Source of the DNA: Rhodospirillales bacterium
GTDB taxonomy: Bacteria > Pseudomonadota > Alphaproteobacteria > Micavibrionales > UBA1664
DNA: 64,000 nucleotides
Direction: 5' to 3'
Assembly (NCBI GenBank): GCA_023898805.1
Contig: CP060260.1
Span: forward strand, 10,329 to 74,328
Each line of letters begins with the position of its first letter. The first letter of the stretch is position 1. A program made the translations under genes and the position numbers. This document shows, piece by piece, positions 58,844 to 64,000 of the stretch. The notes below the pieces were generated by a model. The model did no database searches. It had not been told where the DNA came from and saw only the letters and a list, made by a program, of their open reading frames with translations.

Positions 58844-59872
58844 GTGGCCGCCGCGAAAAAAGCCAAATCCGAATCCGCCAAGACCCTATCCAACGCCCGC
58901 AAGCTGCCCGACGCCGCGACACTGAAAAAGCTGTACCGCGACATGCTGCTGATCCGCCGCTTCGAGGAAAAGGCGGGGCAGTTGTACGGCATGGGGCTGA
59001 TCGGCGGATTTTGCCACCTCTATATCGGGCAAGAGGCGATCGTCACCGGCATCCAGTCGGTCCAGGAACCGCAGGACACCGTCATCACCACCTATCGCGA
59101 CCACGGCCACATGCTGGCCTGCGGCATGGATGCGCGCGGCGTGATGGCCGAACTGACGGGCCGGGAAGGGGGCTATTCCCGGGGCAAGGGCGGCTCGATG
59201 CACATGTTTTCAAGCGAGACGAAATTCTACGGCGGCCACGGCATCGTAGGCGCGTCCGGCGCGCTTGGCACCGGGCTTGCCTTCGCACACCAGTATCAGG
59301 GCGATAAAGGCGTCGCGCTGGTTTACATGGGCGACGGCGCGGCCAATCAGGGCCAGACCTTTGAATGCATGAACATGGCCGCGCTTTGGAAACTGCCGGT
59401 TGTCTATGTCATCGAAAACAACCAGTACGGCATGGGCACCAGCGCCGCGCGTCACGCGGCGGGCGAGCTGTACAAGCGCGGCGAGGCTTTCGGCATTCCC
59501 GGCGAAAAAATCGACGGCGCCGACGTGCTGGAGGTCCAGGCGGTCGCACGGCAGGTGCTGGATCATGTGCGATCGGGCAAGGGGCCGTATGTAATGGAAA
59601 TGAACACCTACCGCTTTCGCGGCCACTCCATGTCCGATCCGGGCAAGTACCGCTCCAAGGAGGAACTGGACAAGGCCAAGGCCGAGCGCGACCCGATCGA
59701 ACGCCTGCGCGGTGTGATGATGCGCGAACTGGGCATGAAAGAGGACGATTTCGACCCGTTTGAAAAGGACATCAAACGCATCGTGAACGAATCCGCGGAA
59801 TTCGCCCAGCAATCGCCCGAACCGCACCCCGACGAACTCTGGACGGATGTCCTCAAACCGGTCGCGGCGTAA
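58844..59872 (+). CDS. pdhA: pyruvate dehydrogenase E1 alpha subunit
   Basis: MLLIRRFEEKAGQLYGMGLIGGFCHLYIGQEA, TPP motif YMGDGAANQG, YRFRGHSMSDP. GTG start preceded by ACGGAGA. Confidence 0.92.
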   Translation: MAAAKKAKSESAKTLSNARKLPDAATLKKLYRDMLLIRRFEEKAGQLYGMGLIGGFCHLYIGQEAIVTGIQSVQEPQDTVITTYRDHGHMLACGMDARGVMAELTGREGGYSRGKGGSMHMFSSETKFYGGHGIVGASGALGTGLAFAHQYQGDKGVALVYMGDGAANQGQTFECMNMAALWKLPVVYVIENNQYGMGTSAARHAAGELYKRGEAFGIPGEKIDGADVLEVQAVARQVLDHVRSGKGPYVMEMNTYRFRGHSMSDPGKYRSKEELDKAKAERDPIERLRGVMMRELGMKEDDFDPFEKDIKRIVNESAEFAQQSPEPHPDELWTDVLKPVAA

Positions 59873-59881
59873 CCTCTTTTC

Positions 59882-60360
59882 ACCGCTAAGGGCGCTAAGT
59901 ACCGCTAAGGCACGCTAAAAAAATGATGGAAAAAACAATCAACGCCGAGGTCGCGAACGACCTGCTCTCAAGGCAGGTGGTTGATTGTATTTTTCACGTT
60001 CATAGAAATTTGGGGCCCGGACTTTTGGAATCCGTTTACGAGCAGTGCCTTGCCCATACGCTCAGAAAAAGAGGGCTGGTTTGCGACCTTCAGAAAACAT
60101 ACCCCCTACGGTTTGATGATACCGTTATCGACACGGGTCTAAGACTGGACATGGTCATAGAAAATTCGATTGTCGTTGAATTGAAATCCATCGAAAAAAT
60201 ACTTCCGGTTCATGAATCCCAAATTCTCACTTATTTAAGGTTGTCGGGCATTCAGACGGGTTTTCTGGTTAATTTTAATGTCCCGCTTATCAAGGATGGC
60301 CTGAAACGTTACGTGCGCTCGTCTTAGCGTTACTCAGCGGTTCTTCGCGCCCTTAGCGGT
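59882..60360. mobile_element. 479-bp cassette: GxxExxY gene bracketed by 38-bp inverted arms of four phased CGCTAAG units
   Basis: Left arm 59882-59919 matches the reverse complement of right arm 60323-60360 at 32/38 positions. T-run before and A-run after. The interior is clearly AT-richer than pdhA/pdhB. Confidence 0.55.
59923..60327 (+). CDS. GxxExxY protein (PD-(D/E)XK nuclease superfamily, PDDEXK_3-like)
   Basis: HRNLGPGLLESVYEQCLAHTLRKRGL (GxxExxY), RLDMVIENSIVVELKSIEKILPVHESQILTYLRLSG (D...ExK core), FLVNFNVPLIKDGLKR. Confidence 0.85.
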   Translation: MMEKTINAEVANDLLSRQVVDCIFHVHRNLGPGLLESVYEQCLAHTLRKRGLVCDLQKTYPLRFDDTVIDTGLRLDMVIENSIVVELKSIEKILPVHESQILTYLRLSGIQTGFLVNFNVPLIKDGLKRYVRSS

Positions 60361-60378
60361 AAAAAAATGAGGTATTAA

Positions 60379-61803
60379 ATGGCTACGCAGATTCTGATGC
60401 CCGCGCTTTCTCCGACGATGACGGAAGGGAAGCTCGCCAAATGGACCAAGGCCGAGGGTGATAAAATCAAACCGGGCGAGGTGATCGCCGAAATCGAAAC
60501 CGACAAGGCGACGATGGAGGTCGAGGCCGTGGACGCCGGCGTTCTGGGTAAAATCCTGGTGCCCGCGGGCACCGAGAACGTGGCCGTGAACACGCCCATC
60601 GCCATTCTGGTCGAAGCGGGCGAGAACGTTGAAAGCGTGGCCATTCCCGCGGCGTTAAGCGCGTGCGGGCGCCCCATGCCGGCCGACGCCCCCGCCATTG
60701 CATCCCCCACGCAGCAGGTCGCACAAGGCGCGGGCGCGCACGTCGCCGACCGCGATATCCTGTACGCGCAAGGCGCCATCATCGAACCGCCCGTTTTCGA
60801 TGAATCCAGCTATGGCCGGAACGCAACCGCCATGACCGTGCGCGAGGCGCTGCGCGCCGGCATGTCCGAAGAAATGCGCCGCGACGAAGGCGTCTATCTG
60901 ATGGGCGAGGAAGTGGCCCAGTACAACGGCGCCTATAAAATCTCGCAAGGCATGCTTGATGAATTCGGGGCGAAACGCGTGATCGACACGCCGATCACCG
61001 AACACGGCTTTGCCGGCCTAGCGGTCGGTTCGGCCTTTCGCGGCCTCAAGCCCATCGTCGAATTCATGACCATGAACTTCGCGATGCAGGCCATCGACCA
61101 CATCATCAACTCCGCCGCCAAGACGCTGTACATGGCGGGTGGCCAGCTTGGCTGCCCCATCGTTTTCCGCGGGCCGAACGGTGCCGCTTCGCGCGTCGCG
61201 GCCCAGCACTCCCAATGCTATGCCAGCTGGTACGGCCACATTCCCGGCCTCAAGGTCGTGGCCCCGTGGTCGGCCGCCGATGCCAAGGGCCTGATGAAGG
61301 CCGCGATCCGCGACCCCAACCCGGTGATCGTGCTGGAAAATGAAATCATGTATGGCCAGTCTTTTGAATGTCCGGCCAACGACGATTTCATCGTTCCGAT
61401 CGGCCGCGCCCGGATCGAGCGTGAAGGAACCGACATCACCATCACCGCTTTTTCGATCATGGTCGGCAAGGCGCTGGCCGCCGCCGAGAAACTGGCCGAA
61501 ATGGGCATTTCCGCCGAGGTGGTGAATTTGCGCACCATCCGCCCGCTGGACCGCTGGACCATTCTTGAAAGCGTCAAAAAAACCAGCCGTGTCCTGTCAC
61601 TTGAGGAAGGCTGGCTTTATGCCGGCATCGGCGCCGAAATCGCCGCGCTGGTCAACGAACACGCCTTCGATTACCTCGACGCGCCGGTCGCTCGCGTTGG
61701 CGCAAAGGACGTGCCGCTGCCTTACGCCGCCAACCTTGAAAAACTGGCCCTGCCGCAAATCGAGGATATCGTCGAAAGCGCCCGCGCCCTGTGTAACCGG
61801 TAA
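60379..61803 (+). CDS. pdhB: pyruvate dehydrogenase E1 beta subunit with N-terminal lipoyl domain
   Basis: Lipoyl domain [18 protein letters not shown]...[13 protein letters not shown], Ala/Pro linker, then transketolase-like E1 beta ([24 protein letters not shown]). Confidence 0.92.
   Translation: MATQILMPALSPTMTEGKLAKWTKAEGDKIKPGEVIAEIETDKATMEVEAVDAGVLGKILVPAGTENVAVNTPIAILVEAGENVESVAIPAALSACGRPMPADAPAIASPTQQVAQGAGAHVADRDILYAQGAIIEPPVFDESSYGRNATAMTVREALRAGMSEEMRRDEGVYLMGEEVAQYNGAYKISQGMLDEFGAKRVIDTPITEHGFAGLAVGSAFRGLKPIVEFMTMNFAMQAIDHIINSAAKTLYMAGGQLGCPIVFRGPNGAASRVAAQHSQCYASWYGHIPGLKVVAPWSAADAKGLMKAAIRDPNPVIVLENEIMYGQSFECPANDDFIVPIGRARIEREGTDITITAFSIMVGKALAAAEKLAEMGISAEVVNLRTIRPLDRWTILESVKKTSRVLSLEEGWLYAGIGAEIAALVNEHAFDYLDAPVARVGAKDVPLPYAANLEKLALPQIEDIVESARALCNR
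60484..60533 (+). repeat. 50-nt stretch identical to 63603-63652 (lipoyl-lysine region of pdhB vs pdhC)
   Basis: Compared base by base: ATCGCCGAAATCGAAACCGACAAGGCGACGATGGAGGTCGAGGCCGTGGA appears in both genes. Confidence 0.9.
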
Positions 61804-61820
61804 GCGCAGGCACCAAATAA

Positions 61821-61846
61821 AAAGCCCCGGTATGTCCGGGGCTTTT
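61821..61846. terminator. intrinsic (potentially bidirectional) terminator after pdhB
   Basis: AAAGCCCCGG-TATGT-CCGGGGCTTT with an A-run before and a T-run after. Confidence 0.65.
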
Positions 61847-62079
61847 AAAATCACAGCACAAAAAATGCTCAAATACGATTTGCGCGCGCATCCGCGCCTT
61901 TGCGCTGTTGCTGCTTAAGCCTGCCGGCCATATCTGCAATCTTTCTAAGGTTACGAAAAATGAAAGAGGGCCACAGTAAAACGATCAAGCTTTTGAAGTC
62001 AAAATTTAATCTTGGAATTTTTTCGCTTTTTCGCGCAGGATTATCGCCAACATTATAAAAACAAAACTTTGCTTGGTTC

Positions 62080-63045
62080 GTGATCGAGATTTTTACCACC
62101 TTTGCCAACGCCGTCACCTACGATCTTTTGCAGGCTGACCGCGAAACACCCTTGGCTGAAGCGGTGCATTTTTTCGTTGAGGATACGACAAAGATATTCT
62201 TCCTGCTGACGTCTTTGATGCTGATCGTCGGATTTTTGCGGTCCTGGGTTTCGCCGGAAAAAATCCGCCGCTGGTTGGAGGGAAAGCCAAGAATGATCGC
62301 TTACCTGCTGGCGCTTATTCTGGGTGCGGTTACGCCGTTTTGCTCCTGTTCGTCCATACCCCTGTTCATTGCGTTCTTAAGTTCCGGCATCCCGCTTGGC
62401 GTGACGATGGCGTTTTTGATTACATCCCCGATGGTCAATGAGGTCGCGGCCGCCTTGTTTGGCGAAATGATCGGCTGGCGCTTTACGCTGGCTTATGTCG
62501 GAGTCGGCATGATGACCGGCATGATCGGCGGGGTGTTGATTGACGCCCTGAAGCTGGAAAAATGGGTTGAGCCGTTTGTTTACGCCGCTCAAAAAACGCA
62601 AGACGGCCTGAACGCGCTAAAACCGACCCTTCAAAAACGCTTTCGCCACGCATGGGATGAAACGGCCGATATTCTCAAACGTGTCTGGCGCTATGTCCTT
62701 GTCGGTGTCGGGATTGGGGCGTTTATTCACGGCTTCGTGCCGCAGGAATGGTTTATCGAACACGCAGGCGCAGACAATCTGCTTGCAGTGCCGGTGGCAG
62801 TCATTGCAGCCATACCGCTTTATTCAAATGCAACCGGTATTGTGCCTGTCGCGCAAGTGCTGATCGCCAAGGGGCTTCCCGTCGGTACGACGCTGGCCTT
62901 TATCATGAGCACCGTTGCCATTTCCCTGCCTGAGCTTGTGATTTTAAGAAAGGTGCTCAAGGCGCAAATGCTGGCCTTTTTCGTGATTTATCTGGCGCTG
63001 GCTTTTATAATCGTGGGCTATGGATTTAACTGGCTGTACCAATAA
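62080..63045 (+). CDS. predicted permease (YraQ/ArsP-like, PF03773-type)
   Basis: About 8 hydrophobic segments and the GAVTPFCSCSSIPLF motif typical of this family. GTG start. AT-richer than the pdh genes. Confidence 0.75.
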   Translation: MIEIFTTFANAVTYDLLQADRETPLAEAVHFFVEDTTKIFFLLTSLMLIVGFLRSWVSPEKIRRWLEGKPRMIAYLLALILGAVTPFCSCSSIPLFIAFLSSGIPLGVTMAFLITSPMVNEVAAALFGEMIGWRFTLAYVGVGMMTGMIGGVLIDALKLEKWVEPFVYAAQKTQDGLNALKPTLQKRFRHAWDETADILKRVWRYVLVGVGIGAFIHGFVPQEWFIEHAGADNLLAVPVAVIAAIPLYSNATGIVPVAQVLIAKGLPVGTTLAFIMSTVAISLPELVILRKVLKAQMLAFFVIYLALAFIIVGYGFNWLYQ

Positions 63046-63060
63046 CGGCACGCAGGCTCC

Positions 63061-63399
63061 TTATGCGGATTTAGGCGCGAAATGCCGGGCTTGCAACGCC
63101 GCGATAACGCCCGCGTGGACGCCGTCATTTACAAGGCCACGACCTGTCAGGCCAAGAAACAGATGTGTTTTCTTGACGCCGGTCACGGCACCGTTCAGGG
63201 CCTCGGCCAGTGTCTCCGCATCCGGATAAAGCCCGCTTGCAATGGCGGCCGCACCAATATCCTTCAAATCCGCGCCTTGTTGTCCCAACGCGTTAAAAAG
63301 GATGCTAGGATCGACTTCACGCACATCAACCGCCTGAGGCCGCGTTTCAAGAAGCCTCGCTATTGGGGAAGGTGGTTTTTTCTGATTTTTCTTAGCCAT
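63061..63399 (-). CDS. hypothetical protein (112 aa)
   Basis: Lys-rich N-terminus MAKKNQKKPP. Convergent with the permease. No family recognised. Confidence 0.45.
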   Translation of the reverse strand: MAKKNQKKPPSPIARLLETRPQAVDVREVDPSILFNALGQQGADLKDIGAAAIASGLYPDAETLAEALNGAVTGVKKTHLFLGLTGRGLVNDGVHAGVIAALQARHFAPKSA

Positions 63400-63497
63400 T
63401 GCAACACGCTTTCTAATTGTGACTTTCGCGCGGATTGTTTAAATATCCGCACCAGCTACCAGCCTAGCCTCAAGATTTACATATTGCAAGGTTTATC

Positions 63498-64000
63498 ATG
63501 CCCATTTCCATCCTGATGCCCGCCCTGTCCCCGACCATGACCGAAGGCAAACTGGCCAAGTGGACCAAGAAGGAAGGCGACAAAATCAAACCCGGCGAGG
63601 TCATCGCCGAAATCGAAACCGACAAGGCGACGATGGAGGTCGAGGCCGTGGATTCGGGCGTGATCGGCAAAATCCTGGTCCCCGCCGGCACGGACGGAGT
63701 CCCGGTCAACAAGCTGATCGCCGTGCTGCTGGAGGACGGGGAGGACAAGGGCGCGATCGACGCCTTTCTTGCCAATGACAATACAAAAGGGGCCGCCAAA
63801 ACACCTGCCGCAACACCGGCCGCGACACCGGCTGCGCCCGCCACCGCCAACCCGGCAACCGTACCGACGTCTAATATGGGCACCGCATCAACTTCCCGCG
63901 TCTTCGCCACCCCGCTGGCCCGCCGCATCGCCAAGGACAGCGGCATCGATATTGCAACCGTCCGCGGCACCGGCCCCAACGGTCGCATCACCCGCGCGGA
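63498..64000 (+). CDS. pdhC: pyruvate dehydrogenase E2 (dihydrolipoamide acetyltransferase), 3' end outside window
   Basis: Own translation: [52 protein letters not shown]..., Ala/Pro linker, then E3-binding ATPLARRIAKDSGIDIATVRGTGPNGRI. Absent from the ORF track because no stop lies in the window. Confidence 0.9.
   Translation, partial: MPISILMPALSPTMTEGKLAKWTKKEGDKIKPGEVIAEIETDKATMEVEAVDSGVIGKILVPAGTDGVPVNKLIAVLLEDGEDKGAIDAFLANDNTKGAAKTPAATPAATPAAPATANPATVPTSNMGTASTSRVFATPLARRIAKDSGIDIATVRGTGPNGRITRA
63603..63652 (+). repeat. 50-nt stretch identical to 60484-60533
   Basis: See the partner entry. The surrounding ~180 nt of the two lipoyl domains are roughly 80% identical by eye. Confidence 0.9.

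Noticed and set aside
61869-62117. 82-aa minus-strand ORF in the AT-rich spacer after pdhB
   Set aside because: It has no SD, low-complexity hydrophobic/basic translation, overlaps the permease start and spans the promoter-like AT-rich DNA. It is treated as non-coding.

Overview
High-G+C (roughly 60% by eye) chromosomal segment whose gene content and order look alphaproteobacterial. Recognisable blocks are tmk-holB-metG-tatD; erpA/dgt-like/argS-SPOR-nagZ-scpAB-tatABC-zapE-glmM; carA/yqeY-dnaG-rpoD; trxB-tRNA-Leu-ssb...uvrA; lpdA; DUF484-xerC; and kdsA-eno-ftsB-pdhA-pdhB-pdhC, with a lipoyl domain on PdhB. I call about 65 CDS, one tRNA-Leu(CAA) and several intrinsic terminators. I saw no rRNA, CRISPR array, transposase, phage integrase, reverse transcriptase or canonical defence system. 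All family assignments come from motifs read in the translations, since no searches could be run. Four things stand out. (1) A 479-bp cassette in the pdhA-pdhB spacer carries a GxxExxY (PD-(D/E)XK) gene between 38-bp inverted arms, each made of four 10-bp-phased CGCTAAG units. An ORF-less 121-bp miniature with the same polar arms lies at 32.2 kb. This looks like an undescribed small mobile or structured element family. (2) A nucleotide/base-processing neighbourhood at 44.8-49.9 kb holds a tandem deaminase-fold protein coupled to an I78-like lipoprotein, a divergent FCY1-type cytosine deaminase, and a 975-aa protein that seems to combine an ITPase-like and a LOG/PpnN-like module with large unknown regions. 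(3) Two adjacent, distantly paralogous large helical orphan proteins lie at 40.4-43.3 kb. (4) Every spacer of the ftsB-pdhABC cluster, and several other conserved blocks, is interrupted by short AT-richer orphan genes. None of these is proven to be a system, and the functional ideas are hypotheses.
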